This document shows positions 21,271 to 32,290 of a stretch of DNA of 64,000 bases, in pieces. The stretch's first letter is position 1, and each line of letters starts with the position of its first letter. Position numbers and translations under genes: made by a program. A model generated the notes under the pieces. It ran no database searches. It was not told the origin of the DNA and worked only from the letters and a program-made list of their open reading frames with translations. The stretch is from an uncultured Gemmatimonadales bacterium. Lineage in GTDB: Bacteria; Gemmatimonadota; Gemmatimonadetes; Gemmatimonadales; GWC2-71-9. Where the stretch lies: positions 160,001 through 224,000 of the forward strand of contig CAVZZO010000003.1 of assembly GCA_963779755.1 (NCBI GenBank), in the 5' to 3' direction.

Positions 21271-22238
21271 GCGATGCTGCGGCGCAGGAGCAGCGCGAAG
21301 AGCGGGACGCCCACCAGCGCCGTCACCACCCCCACCGGCAACTCGGCGGGACGCACGACCGTGCGGGCCAGCGCGTCGGCCAGCACCAGGAAGGCGCCGC
21401 CGGTCACGAACGCCAGGGGGAGCAGCGGCCGGTGCAGTGGGCCCCAGAGCCGCCGGACGGCGTGCGGAATTACCAGGCCGACGAACCCGATCATGCCACA
21501 GACGGCGACGCCCGCCGCCACCAGCAACGAACTGGTGATGTAGACCACCCGTTTGACCCGCTCCACGTCGGCGCCCAGATGCTGAGCAGTCTCCTCCCCC
21601 AGCAGGAGGAGATCGAGCGAGCGGGCGCTCAGGTACAGGATGACCAGGGCCGGGGCGGCATAGGCGGCAAAGACCAGCACGGTCCGCCATGACGCGCCGC
21701 CCAGGCCGCCGAGGAGCCAGAGGAACGCATTGCGGAGTTCCGCCGCCGGGGAGAGCGCGATCAGGGCCGTCATCACGGCGGCCGCGAACGCCCCCACCAC
21801 CACGCCGGCCAGCAGCAGGACGTGGGGATCGAGCCGGCGGCCTTCGACGACGCTCAGGCGGTAGACCAGCCCGACCGCGGCGAGCGCGCCGGCGAATGCC
21901 GCGAGCGGCACGGTCCAGCTGCCGGCGGCATGCAGCGCGATGGCCAGCACCGCGCCCAGTCCCGCTCCACCCGAGAGGCCCAGCAGGTAGGGATCGGCCA
22001 GGGGATTCCGTACCAGCGCCTGCAGCGCCGCGCCGGTAACGGCGAGGCTGCCGCCCACCAGAAAACCGAGCAGCACCCGGGGAACCCGCAGGTCGCGCAC
22101 GATGGCGCTGGAGGGCGCGCGGGAATCGCTGAGCGCGTGCCAGAGGGCGGCCGGCGAAAGCGGAACGGCTCCCACGGCGACGCCGAGCAGCAGACAGGCG
22201 CCCGCAAGCAGCAGCAGAAGCGGCACGCGCCGGTTCAC
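21267..22238 (-). CDS. ABC transporter permease (BtuC/FecCD type)
   Basis: LRVPRV, LVRNPLADPYLLGLSGGA, LGEETAQHLG, IGFVGLVIPH, ELPVGVVTALVGVP. Confidence 0.93.
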   Translation of the reverse strand: MNRRVPLLLLLAGACLLLGVAVGAVPLSPAALWHALSDSRAPSSAIVRDLRVPRVLLGFLVGGSLAVTGAALQALVRNPLADPYLLGLSGGAGLGAVLAIALHAAGSWTVPLAAFAGALAAVGLVYRLSVVEGRRLDPHVLLLAGVVVGAFAAAVMTALIALSPAAELRNAFLWLLGGLGGASWRTVLVFAAYAAPALVILYLSARSLDLLLLGEETAQHLGADVERVKRVVYITSSLLVAAGVAVCGMIGFVGLVIPHAVRRLWGPLHRPLLPLAFVTGGAFLVLADALARTVVRPAELPVGVVTALVGVPLFALLLRRSIA

Positions 22239-23134
22239 CGCTCCACCGGTTGCAGCGCCCGCGCCAGCCGGCGGATCGCCGCGGGCGCGCGCGGGCTGGG
22301 CCGGGCGAACTCCGAACCCTCGACTACGACGAAGTGGCCTTCGCGCACCGCCCGCACCGCCTGCCACTCCGGGCGCCCCGCGATGGCGGGCGGCTTTCCT
22401 CCCACCCCCAGTACCAGGTCGGGATCGCGCTGGGCGATGGCTTCCAGGCTGACCGGCGCCGATGGGGCGGCGAGGTCGGCGAAGATGTTGCGGCCTCCCG
22501 CCCGGGTCACCATCTCGGAGAGAAAGCTGCCGCCACCGATGGTAATGGGCGGCTGATCCCAGGCCAGGAGCAGCACGCCGGGCGGGTTCGCGGGCGGGGG
22601 CACGGTCGCGTGGCGGAGCCGTCGTTCGTAATCCAGCGCGACCGAATCGGCCCTCGCCGCATGGCCGGTCAAAGTGCCCAGGATCCGGGCCACCCGGGAG
22701 ACATCCTCCAGCCGGTCCACGCTGAGGGTGATGGTCGGAATGTGCAGCTGCGCCAGGCGCGCGGCGGCCGTGCGGTTGGAAGGTGAACGGTAGAGGATGA
22801 CCAGATCGGGCTGGCGGGCGACCACGGCTTCCAGGTTGGGGTTGAGGCCGTCACCCACGCTGGGCACCTCGAGGGCGGCGGCAGGATAGTCGCACCAGGT
22901 GGTGCGTCCTACCGTGGCCGGGCCTGCGCCGATGGCGAAGAGAATCTCGGTGGTGGCCGGCATCAGCGACACCACGCGATGGGCCGGAGCGGCGAGCTGC
23001 AGGGTATCGCCCGCATCGCCAACTACCGTCAGCCGGTGAGGCTGTGCCGGCGACTTGCGGCAGCCGCCCGCCGGCAGCAACAGCAGCGCCGCCCACCCGG
23101 CACACCAGAAATATCGCCCCTGTTGGGTTGCCAA
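22235..23134 (-). CDS. Cobalamin-binding periplasmic lipoprotein (BtuF type)
   Basis: RVVSLMPATTEILFAIG, CDYP, PNLEAVVARQPDL, RPSPR; lipobox AGGC; TTG start after GGAG is inferred. Confidence 0.88.
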   Translation of the reverse strand: MATQQGRYFWCAGWAALLLLPAGGCRKSPAQPHRLTVVGDAGDTLQLAAPAHRVVSLMPATTEILFAIGAGPATVGRTTWCDYPAAALEVPSVGDGLNPNLEAVVARQPDLVILYRSPSNRTAAARLAQLHIPTITLSVDRLEDVSRVARILGTLTGHAARADSVALDYERRLRHATVPPPANPPGVLLLAWDQPPITIGGGSFLSEMVTRAGGRNIFADLAAPSAPVSLEAIAQRDPDLVLGVGGKPPAIAGRPEWQAVRAVREGHFVVVEGSEFARPSPRAPAAIRRLARALQPVER

Positions 23135-23226
23135 AAAAATCTCCGCCAATCCGGGAGGGCAGGCGGAGTCGTCGGGAAGGTCGGACTCACGCCACCGTTC
23201 CCTCCCCCGAGGGATGACATGGTGGC

Positions 23227-23374
23227 GCGAACGGCGAGGTCTCCTGGCTTCGGGCTCTCCGCTCGCCTTCCCGGGGGTTGCCCCCAGTGGCGGTGTGAGC
23301 GGAGGATGTGATGCGCCCGTAACAGTGGCGGGGCCGCGCCGGAATTGCACCGGCTTCCGAGCATCGCCGTTCGC
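23227..23374 (-). ncRNA. Cobalamin riboswitch
   Basis: GGAAGCCGGTGCAATTCCGGCGCGGCCCCGCCACTGT...GCCACTGGGGGCAACCCCCGGGAAGG...AAGCCAGGAGACC (B12 box), closed by the 11-bp stem GCGAACGGCGA/TCGCCGTTCGC, directly upstream of the btu operon. Confidence 0.93.
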
Positions 23375-23398
23375 TGGTCCAGCAGTTGTGGCCGGAGT

Positions 23399-24604
23399 CT
23401 AGGCGCCCGGGCTCCCCCCCGCAAGATGTGCCGCCACTTCGGCCATCAACCGGCGGCGGTCGGCCTGGTAGGCGGCCCATTCCGCCGCCGCCACCTGGCC
23501 CTCGCGTCCGGCGAAGCGGGCATCGAGCTCGGCGATCTGATCGGTGAGCACATCCACCGGGTTACGGGCGGGCATCGCCGGGCGCCGGCGCCGCAGCAGC
23601 ACGATGCCGGCAACCAGCGCCAGACCCACCAGGCCCACCAGGACGGGCAGCACCCACCCGGCCGCGGTGGTGCCGCCGCCGGTTGCCGGCAAATTCACGG
23701 AGACCACCGCCCCGGCGGGCAGCGGACCGGTCCAGCGCCGGAAGGACCGGTTGTCGATCACCTGGGAATCCACCAGGGAGAGCGCCCCGGTGAGGGTTGC
23801 CTTGGGGTCCTCCAGCAGCACCTGGGCCGTGGCGGCCCCGTCCGGAAACCGAAGGGTGAGCTTCCGGCTGGTGGCGGGCAGAATGTATACGGCGGAAACC
23901 TGCTTGTCGCCCGGCGGAATGGGCGCGAACACCAGCAGGCTGTCGTGCTTCACGGCGACCGCTTCGGGGGAGAAGTCGGACTCGCCCGCCTGCACCTCCG
24001 CCGCCTCGGGTGGCAGCGTCCCCACCCAGGACGGGCGGGTGGAATCGGCCCCGATGCGCGTCAGGCCGCCGGGGTTGTGCAATACGCGGAGATCCAGCAC
24101 CTGGCTGAAGCCGCCGGCCTCCGGCTTCCGGACCACCACGTAGCGCGCCTGCATCTGGACGGTGGCGGTATCCGAGGTGTCGGTCACCACCAGCAGCACG
24201 CCGGTATCGGGCTTGGCGGCGCTCAGGCGCAGAGGCTCGGAGAAGAACTCGATGCCCGCGAACCGGGCGCTCAGCAGGAAAACCGCCGAGGTATCTTCGG
24301 GAAACCGGAAGCGGAACCGGCCACCGGGCCCCGCGGGCAAGGAATCCAGCGGGCCCTGCTGCGCGGCGCTGATCCGGTGCAGCACCACCCGCAGGCCCGG
24401 CGCGGCAACACTGTCCTCGCCATGTACCCGCACGACGTGCCCCGCCACCAGGGCCTGCCGTTGGGCGGCCAGGGGCGGGGCAAAGCACGCGACGGCCAGC
24501 GCCGCGGCGGCGAGCCTAGGGATTGAAACGGCCGAAGTCCTGCGGATCCAGTTTCTCCAGGTACTGCTTGAGCTTCTCGGCGTTGAGCGCGGCGTCGGCG
24601 GCAT
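23399..24604 (-). CDS. Hypothetical exported protein with a C-terminal membrane anchor; start uncertain
   Basis: Signal-like segment LAAAALAVACFAPPLAA-Q, beta-rich body, TM helix followed by RRRR and an IAELDARF tail; the nearest in-frame ATG lies inside the upstream gene. Confidence 0.65.
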   Translation of the reverse strand: MPPTPRSTPRSSSSTWRNWIRRTSAVSIPRLAAAALAVACFAPPLAAQRQALVAGHVVRVHGEDSVAAPGLRVVLHRISAAQQGPLDSLPAGPGGRFRFRFPEDTSAVFLLSARFAGIEFFSEPLRLSAAKPDTGVLLVVTDTSDTATVQMQARYVVVRKPEAGGFSQVLDLRVLHNPGGLTRIGADSTRPSWVGTLPPEAAEVQAGESDFSPEAVAVKHDSLLVFAPIPPGDKQVSAVYILPATSRKLTLRFPDGAATAQVLLEDPKATLTGALSLVDSQVIDNRSFRRWTGPLPAGAVVSVNLPATGGGTTAAGWVLPVLVGLVGLALVAGIVLLRRRRPAMPARNPVDVLTDQIAELDARFAGREGQVAAAEWAAYQADRRRLMAEVAAHLAGGSPGA

Positions 24605-25010
24605 CCTCGTCGGGTGTTTCGACCGCGTGCTGATCCAGGAGATTCTCATGGGTGAACACCGGGGCGTTCAGGCGCAGCGCGAGCGCGATGCTGTCGGAGG
24701 GACGGGCATCCAGCTGGAGCACATGATCTTCCCGGCTCAGGGTGAGCTCGGCGAAGTAGGTATTGTCCCGCACTTCCCGGATGGTGACCCGGCGGAGCTG
24801 CGCCCCCAGCCCGAGCACGACCTGTTTCAGCAGGTCGTGCGTCATGGGACGGGGGGCCTTCACACCCTGCATTTCCATGGCGATGGCGCTCGCCTCCGCC
24901 GGACCGATCCAGATGGGGAGCACGCGGGTGCCCTCTTTTTCCCGCAGAATCACCACCGGCGTATTGGTGGCGCGGTCGAGCCCCAGGTGGGCGACCTCGA
25001 CTTCGATCAT
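24516..25010 (-). CDS. Bifunctional nuclease family protein (DUF151)
   Basis: LPIWIGPAEASAIA, PRPMTHDLL, DARPSDSIALA. Confidence 0.93.
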   Translation of the reverse strand: MIEVEVAHLGLDRATNTPVVILREKEGTRVLPIWIGPAEASAIAMEMQGVKAPRPMTHDLLKQVVLGLGAQLRRVTIREVRDNTYFAELTLSREDHVLQLDARPSDSIALALRLNAPVFTHENLLDQHAVETPDEDAADAALNAEKLKQYLEKLDPQDFGRFNP

Positions 25011-25032
25011 GAATCAAGACTAACCATGTCAG

Positions 25033-25127
25033 CGGTGAGGCGTAAGACGTAAGGGGTGATGGGTGAGGCGGGGAAAGGGGAAAGGGGAAAGGGGAAGCCC
25101 GTTTCCCCCTTCCCCTTTCCCTGTTCC
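25033..25127. repeat. Compound 7-nt repeat array: CGTRAGR-type units followed by inverted GGGGAAA / TTTCCCC arms
   Basis: ggtgagg cgtaaga cgtaagg ggtgatg ggtgagg c ggggaaa ggggaaa ggggaaa ggggaa ... tttcccc cttcccc tttccc tgttcc. Confidence 0.85.
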
Positions 25128-25164
25128 GCCTACACCTGCCGGCCGGGATCGCGCTGCCCGCGGT

Positions 25165-26593
<1,429 letters not shown>

Positions 26594-26607
26594 TGCGTCC
26601 CTGGAGT

Positions 26608-27831
26608 TCACCGTGCTGCCGACCGCAACGCCTTGATCCGGTCGGTGCGCTCCCAGGTGAAGTAGTCTATCGTCTTGCCGTTGTCTTTGGCCGTGACCGG
26701 CGTCCGGCCGAAATGGCCGGAGGACGCGGTGCGCTGGTAGATCGGGCGCTTGAGCTTCAGGGCGCTGATAATGCCTTTGGGGGTAAGGTCGAATACCTCG
26801 CGCACCAGCTTTTCCAGCCGGGCATCGGGGAGCTTTCCCGTCCCGAAGGTGTCGACCATGATGCTGACCGGCTCGGCGACCCCGATGGCGTAGGCCACCT
26901 GCACCTCGCAGCGCCGCGCCAGGCCGGCGGCCACGATGTTCTTGGCCACCCAACGGGTGGCGTAGGCCGCGGAGCGGTCCACCTTGGAGGGGTCCTTCCC
27001 GCTGAAGGCGCCGCCGCCGTGCCGGGCCATGCCGCCGTAGGTATCCACGATGATCTTCCGCCCGGTCAGCCCCGCGTCGCCGTGGGGGCCCCCGATGACG
27101 AATCGCCCCGTGGGGTTGATCAGAAAGCGGGTGCGCGAGGTGTCCAGGTCGACCGAGGCAAGCACCGGACGGATGACCTCCTCCGTCACGGCCTCGCGCA
27201 GCGTCGCCGTGGTGAGCTTCTTGCCCCCGTGGCGCTCGGCATGCTGGGTGGAGACCACCACCGTCCGCACCGCCACCGGCTGGTCGCCGGCGTATTCCAC
27301 CGACACCTGGGACTTGCCGTCGGGGCGCAGCCAGGCGATCGCCGCGGCGCCGTCGCCGCCCTTGCGGACCCGGCTGAGCCGCTGGGTGATGCGGTGCGCC
27401 AGGAGAATGGGCATGGGCATCAGGGCGTCGGTTTCCGCCGTGGCGTAGCCGAACATCATGCCCTGGTCTCCCGCGCCCTGCGCGTGGTGATAGCCCTCGT
27501 CCACCCCGCGCGCGATATCGGGCGACTGCCGGTCGAGCGAGGTCAGAACCGCGCAGGTTCTCGCGTCGAACCCGAAGCTCGGGTCGGTATAGCCGATGTC
27601 GGCCACCGTCTGCCGGACCACGTCGGGAATGTGCACGTAGGTCTTGGTCGTGATCTCGCCGGCGATGACCGCCATGCCGGTGGTGACCATGACCTCGCAG
27701 GCCACGCGCGACTCGGGATCGTCGCGCAACATGGCGTCCAGCACGGCATCGGAGATCTGGTCGGCAACCTTGTCAGGGTGGCCTTCGGTGACCGATTCGG
27801 AAGTAAAGACGTGGCGATTGCCCGGCTGCAT
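26608..27831 (-). CDS. metK: S-adenosylmethionine synthetase
   Basis: [48 protein letters not shown]. Confidence 0.97.
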   Translation of the reverse strand: MQPGNRHVFTSESVTEGHPDKVADQISDAVLDAMLRDDPESRVACEVMVTTGMAVIAGEITTKTYVHIPDVVRQTVADIGYTDPSFGFDARTCAVLTSLDRQSPDIARGVDEGYHHAQGAGDQGMMFGYATAETDALMPMPILLAHRITQRLSRVRKGGDGAAAIAWLRPDGKSQVSVEYAGDQPVAVRTVVVSTQHAERHGGKKLTTATLREAVTEEVIRPVLASVDLDTSRTRFLINPTGRFVIGGPHGDAGLTGRKIIVDTYGGMARHGGGAFSGKDPSKVDRSAAYATRWVAKNIVAAGLARRCEVQVAYAIGVAEPVSIMVDTFGTGKLPDARLEKLVREVFDLTPKGIISALKLKRPIYQRTASSGHFGRTPVTAKDNGKTIDYFTWERTDRIKALRSAAR

Positions 27832-27951
27832 GGAAGGGAGTCCCCGCTCAGGAACATGCGCACGCGCGGCGGACCCCGGAAGAGAGGCACCGCCGCCGCG
27901 TTCGCTGGTGACGGCGCCCAAGGCGCCTGCGAGTCGCAGTTGAACCGTGTG

Positions 27952-29751
27952 TCAAAGTAATTCCTTCATACCCGGAGGCAACACGCCGGCGGTCTCCACC
28001 GCGCGCTCGTCGATGAACTCCAGCGCCACCCGGCGCACCGCCGCCAGCACTGCCTCGGCGTTCCCCGCCTGCAGCGCGGCGTCCGCCGCGCGGCGCGCCG
28101 CGTCCAGCGGCATGCGACGCACGATCCATTTCACCCGGGGCAGATCGTGGGGAGACACGCTCAGGATCTCGAAGCCCAGGCCCATCAGCAGCACCGCCGA
28201 CAGGGGGTCGGAGGCCATCTCGCCGCAGATGCTGGCGGGAATGCCGGCCTCGCGCGCCACATCGGCCACCTGCCGCAACTGGCGCACAATGGCCGGGTGA
28301 TGCGGCATGAACCGGCTGGCCAGCCGAGCGTTCCCCCGGTCCACGGCCAGGGTGTACTGGGTCAGGTCGTTGGTGCCCACGCTGAAGAATTCGCTCACCG
28401 CGGCCAGCCGGTCGGCGATCAGCACCGCGGCCGGTGTTTCCACCATGACGCCGAGCGGTACCGACGCGGCCGCGCGCACCCCCTCGGCCTGGAGCGCGGC
28501 GGACTCCTGCTGCATGATGGCCCGGGCGCTCTCTACCTCCTCTACGGTGGTGATGAGCGGCAGCATGAGCTGCAGGTCGCGGCCCACGGCCGCGCGTAGC
28601 ACGGCCCGGATCTGGGTGCGCAGCAGGTCGGGATGGTCAAGGCAGACCCGGATGGCCCGCCAGCCGAGGAAGGGATTGGCCTCGGGCGAGGACTGGAACG
28701 CGGCGGGGAACTTGTCGCCCCCCAGATCGAACGTGCGGACCACCACGCCGCCGGGGTGGAAGGCATCGGCCACCCGGCGGTAGTAGTCCCGCTGTTCGGT
28801 CTCGGTCGGCAGCGCCGTGCGCCCGGTGAGCAGGAATTCGGTCCGCAGCAGCCCGACCCCTTCGGCGCCATGGCGCTGCGCGGCTTCGATCTCCTCCGGC
28901 AGGTCCACATTGCCCATCACCCGGATACGATGGCCGTCGGGGGTGACCACCGGGCCGCGTACCTCCGTATCCATGGACAGCTCGAGGCGCTGGCGACGGC
29001 TGAGCCGGATGCGCGCCTGCTCCAGCTCGGAGGGCGTCGGGTCGATCAGGACGGTACCGCTGTGCCCGTCCAGCAGCAGCATCTGGCCGTCCTGGATGCG
29101 GTCGAGCGCGCCGGAGACGCCCATGACGGCCGGGATCCCCAGCGAGTGCGCCAGGATGGCCGCGTGGGAGGTTCGGGTCCCTTCGACACTGACCAGGCCG
29201 ACCACCGACTCGCGGTCGAGCTGGACGGTCAGCCCCGGAGCCAGCTCGTGCGCCACCGCAATCACGCGATCGGCCGGGTTGCCCACCCAGAGGGGGTCGC
29301 CCCCCTGGCCCATCAACCGGGCCAGCATGCGGACCTGCACGGCGGTAAGATCCACCAGCCGGTCGCGCAGCCGCGCGTTGCCGGTATTGCCCCAGAGATT
29401 CCGCAGCTCCAGCGACTTGAACTCGTAGGCGGTCTCCGCGCTGAGCAGATTGGTGCGGATGAGGTGCTCTACCGCGAGCAGGAATTCCTCGTCTTCGGCC
29501 ATCATGATCTGCGCATCGAAGATGCGCGATTCCTCCTCGCCCGCCCGCTGCAGGACCCGTTGCCGGAGCTCGTCCAGCTCCCGCGCCACCTCCAGCACGG
29601 CGTCGCGCAGCCGCTGGATCTCGGCCTCCACCTGCTCCGCCCCGATGCCGCGATCGGGCACCTCGGGGAAATCCCAGCGCACCACCGCGGCCGCGGCGAG
29701 GGCCACACCCGGCGAGACGCCGATGCCGGAGAGCAGACGGCCGTCGCTCAT
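27952..29751 (-). CDS. ptsI: Phosphoenolpyruvate-protein phosphotransferase (PTS enzyme I)
   Basis: TSHAAILA, GVGLLRTEF, RTFDLGGDK, NPFLGWRAIR, SVGTNDLTQY, CGEMA. Confidence 0.95.
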   Translation of the reverse strand: MSDGRLLSGIGVSPGVALAAAAVVRWDFPEVPDRGIGAEQVEAEIQRLRDAVLEVARELDELRQRVLQRAGEEESRIFDAQIMMAEDEEFLLAVEHLIRTNLLSAETAYEFKSLELRNLWGNTGNARLRDRLVDLTAVQVRMLARLMGQGGDPLWVGNPADRVIAVAHELAPGLTVQLDRESVVGLVSVEGTRTSHAAILAHSLGIPAVMGVSGALDRIQDGQMLLLDGHSGTVLIDPTPSELEQARIRLSRRQRLELSMDTEVRGPVVTPDGHRIRVMGNVDLPEEIEAAQRHGAEGVGLLRTEFLLTGRTALPTETEQRDYYRRVADAFHPGGVVVRTFDLGGDKFPAAFQSSPEANPFLGWRAIRVCLDHPDLLRTQIRAVLRAAVGRDLQLMLPLITTVEEVESARAIMQQESAALQAEGVRAAASVPLGVMVETPAAVLIADRLAAVSEFFSVGTNDLTQYTLAVDRGNARLASRFMPHHPAIVRQLRQVADVAREAGIPASICGEMASDPLSAVLLMGLGFEILSVSPHDLPRVKWIVRRMPLDAARRAADAALQAGNAEAVLAAVRRVALEFIDERAVETAGVLPPGMKELL

Positions 29752-30023
29752 GACTCGCCGAACCCCGAGGCGACCAGCTCGGCCAGCGCGTCCACGGCCG
29801 CGCCGGCATCGGGGCCGCGGGCCGTGATGATCACATCGCTGCCGCATTCCGCGGCCAACATCATCACTCCCATGATGCTCTTGCCGTTCACCATCATACC
29901 ATCCTTCCCCAGCTCCACTTCCGCGCCGAAACGGGAGGCCGTCTTCACGAAGAGTGCGGCGGGCCGGGCATGCAGGCCCAGGGGATTCACGATCCGGATT
30001 TCGCGGACTACCTGATCGTCCAT
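29748..30023 (-). CDS. ptsH: Phosphocarrier protein HPr
   Basis: NPLGLHARPA (His15) and NGKSIMGVM (Ser46). Confidence 0.95.
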   Translation of the reverse strand: MDDQVVREIRIVNPLGLHARPAALFVKTASRFGAEVELGKDGMMVNGKSIMGVMMLAAECGSDVIITARGPDAGAAVDALAELVASGFGES

Positions 30024-30742
30024 TGCCAGACCAGAGTGAGGAGAAGCGCCGCCAGGGCGAAACGGACGGCGGTTACCTTGGCGCTGAACCGGGCGGAGAG
30101 GCCCAGTCCCACCACAACCACCGTCGCCAGCACCGGGAGGTGCTCCAGCTGGACCGCATGCCAGAGCCAGGCGGCGGTCACGGGGACGGCCGCGCCCACC
30201 AGAAAGGCCGCAGCCGGCCCGAGCCACCGGGCTGCCGCCGGCAGCCAGCTGCCCGCGATCGCCTGGGCCACCCCCATGCCCGCGGCAAGCCCCGTCCGCA
30301 GTGCCCACCAGCCGGTCGCCAGCCGGACGGCGGCATAGATGACGAAGGCCGCTCCCACCGTCCACCAGCCGGCGCCCAGCGCCAGCGCAATCAGCGTGAC
30401 GGAAATCAGGGCCGGCACCAGCCCGCTCCAGAACACCTGGTCGCCCAGCGCGCCAAGGGGGCTGCAGAGGGTCGTCCGCAGCCGGGCGACCTGCGCTCCC
30501 GGCACCTGCTCGTACTCCGCCCGGACCGAGGCGCCCAGGGCGAGCCCGGCAAGATACGGGTGGGCGTTGAAGAACTCGGCCGAGCGCACCACGGCATCCT
30601 TGTACCGGTCGGGGTCGCTCCGGGCCAGTTCCCGCAGCAGGGGCGTGGCCGAGTATCCCATGCCGACGCCCAGCATGCGTTCGTAGTTCCAGGCCCCCTG
30701 CACCGCCAGGAGCCGCAAATAGCTGCGCAGCGTGCCGCTCAC
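30008..30742 (-). CDS. PTS mannose/fructose/sorbose family EIID
   Basis: QGAWNYERM.G.G, FFNAHPY, PLGALGD..FW. Confidence 0.9.
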   Translation of the reverse strand: MSGTLRSYLRLLAVQGAWNYERMLGVGMGYSATPLLRELARSDPDRYKDAVVRSAEFFNAHPYLAGLALGASVRAEYEQVPGAQVARLRTTLCSPLGALGDQVFWSGLVPALISVTLIALALGAGWWTVGAAFVIYAAVRLATGWWALRTGLAAGMGVAQAIAGSWLPAAARWLGPAAAFLVGAAVPVTAAWLWHAVQLEHLPVLATVVVVGLGLSARFSAKVTAVRFALAALLLTLVWQWTIR

Positions 30743-31446
30743 CGGAACCCCGCCACCAGGGTACCGGTGGCCAGGCCGGTCAGCAGCCAGGCAAGACGCC
30801 GTCCCCTCCCGGCGGTGCGCACCGCCCCGCCGATGGCCGAGGCGATCCCGCCGGCCACGGCGACCGTGGTAATCCAGCGGAAGTGTTCCGTGCCCGGCGG
30901 CAGGATGGGCCAGATCACATTGGCCAGCAGCAGCCCGGCCGTGGTCACCGCCAGGCTCCGGGCCAGGTCTCTGCGCAATCCTCCCAGCTGCAGGGCGGCG
31001 ATCGCCTCGGTGTCGCCCGCGGCCAGCGCGGCGGTCCGGCGATCGATGGCTCGCGCGTTGGCGCGGCGGACGGCCTGCATGGCCCAGCCGCCCAGCACGG
31101 CGGTCATGAGGCCCACGCCCACGGCGACGCCCGCGCCGGCCCGGAGGGGCCAGTCCAGCGCGGCGAACACCGCCGCCACGGTGGCCGGCCCATAGTCGGG
31201 ATAGCGCACCGCGCCTACCGGCAGGACGTCGAGCGCATAGAGCTCCAGGATGGCGCCGATGACCAGGCCGGTGCGGACGGCTTCGGCCGGGTGGTCGGGC
31301 AGCACCAGCGCCGCCAGCAGCCCGGCCCCGGTGCCGGCGACCAGGGGCCGGCTCAGGAGAATCTGCGGCACCGAGACAAGGTCGAGGCCGACCACCGTGC
31401 CCCAGAGGAGAAACACGATCAGCAGCGGCAGGATGGAGTGCGTCAT
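30739..31446 (-). CDS. PTS mannose/fructose/sorbose family EIIC
   Basis: QILLSRPLVAG, GAILELYAL..LPVGA..PD; multiple TM segments. Confidence 0.85.
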   Translation of the reverse strand: MTHSILPLLIVFLLWGTVVGLDLVSVPQILLSRPLVAGTGAGLLAALVLPDHPAEAVRTGLVIGAILELYALDVLPVGAVRYPDYGPATVAAVFAALDWPLRAGAGVAVGVGLMTAVLGGWAMQAVRRANARAIDRRTAALAAGDTEAIAALQLGGLRRDLARSLAVTTAGLLLANVIWPILPPGTEHFRWITTVAVAGGIASAIGGAVRTAGRGRRLAWLLTGLATGTLVAGFR

Positions 31447-31916
31447 GCCAGTGCCCGCAGTGCCACCGGCGCGGAGGTCGGCAGATCCTGAGCGGAGATC
31501 TCCACGCCGGTGCCGGCCAGGGTTTTCAGCCGTCCCAACTCGTCGTCGGTGAGATAGATGTAGGGCAGGCGCTCGCGCCGGCCGGGCCGGTGATGCAGTC
31601 CGCCGAGGTTGATCCGGGGCACGGCGGCCTCGCCGCCGGCCACCGCCGCCATGGTGTCGATGTCTCCGGTGAGCAGAATGCCGCGGCGCAGGTCGGCCTG
31701 CCAGCGGGGCAACTGGGCGGCCGCTTCGGCTCGCGTTGCGAAGAGCAGGTCCATGTCGGAGGGCACCGCCATGCGATAGAGATCCTGTTCCCAGGGGCTG
31801 GCGGCGACCTCGTCGTCCACCAGGACGATGAACCGCACTCCCATCGGTTGTCCCCACCCGATCACGACCTGCCCATGCACCAGCCGATCATCCACCCGGT
31901 ACAGCGCAATGCTCAC
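31443..31916 (-). CDS. PTS mannose family EIIB
   Basis: RVDDRLVHGQVVIGW, INLGG. Confidence 0.92.
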   Translation of the reverse strand: MSIALYRVDDRLVHGQVVIGWGQPMGVRFIVLVDDEVAASPWEQDLYRMAVPSDMDLLFATRAEAAAQLPRWQADLRRGILLTGDIDTMAAVAGGEAAVPRINLGGLHHRPGRRERLPYIYLTDDELGRLKTLAGTGVEISAQDLPTSAPVALRALA

Positions 31917-32290
31917 GCCGGCACCACGATGGCGCGGTGGCCCTGCTGCGCCGCCCGCTCGGCCGCCTGGTCCAGCGGCAGGTCGCGGTGAAAGACGAAG
32001 TCGAGCAGCATGGCCAGGTTCACGCCGGTCACCACGCGCACGCGTCCGGTGCCCTTGGCCTGGTGCAGCGCGGCGATGAGGCAGGACCCGCTGGGCATAT
32101 CGGTAAAGACCAGGCCGGAGCCGCCCTGAAGCGCCTCGGAAATCCGCGCCTCCAGGGCGCCCCGGTCGCAGTCGGTATTGCTGACGGGCGCCAGCGCCCC
32201 GCGCACGCCGCTGATGCTCTCGACCGCGTCGATCATCGCCCGTGCCAGCGTGCCGTGGCACGCCACCACCCCCTGCAACGGCTCACTCAT
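31913..32290 (-). CDS. PTS mannose family EIIA
   Basis: VVACHG, FTDMPSGS, TGVNLAML. Confidence 0.9.
   Translation of the reverse strand: MSEPLQGVVACHGTLARAMIDAVESISGVRGALAPVSNTDCDRGALEARISEALQGGSGLVFTDMPSGSCLIAALHQAKGTGRVRVVTGVNLAMLLDFVFHRDLPLDQAAERAAQQGHRAIVVPA

Noticed and set aside
22235..23350. Extended N-termini in the ORF track (btuF, tadA, yceI, metK, ribH, pfkB and others)
   Set aside because: The extensions run through the riboswitch or upstream genes; I trimmed starts to the family-consistent codon.
27832..27951. SAM or SAH riboswitch upstream of metK
   Set aside because: Several GC hairpins are present, but I could not match the conserved cores of SAM-I, SAM-II, SAM-SAH or SAH riboswitches by eye. 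An Infernal search would settle it.
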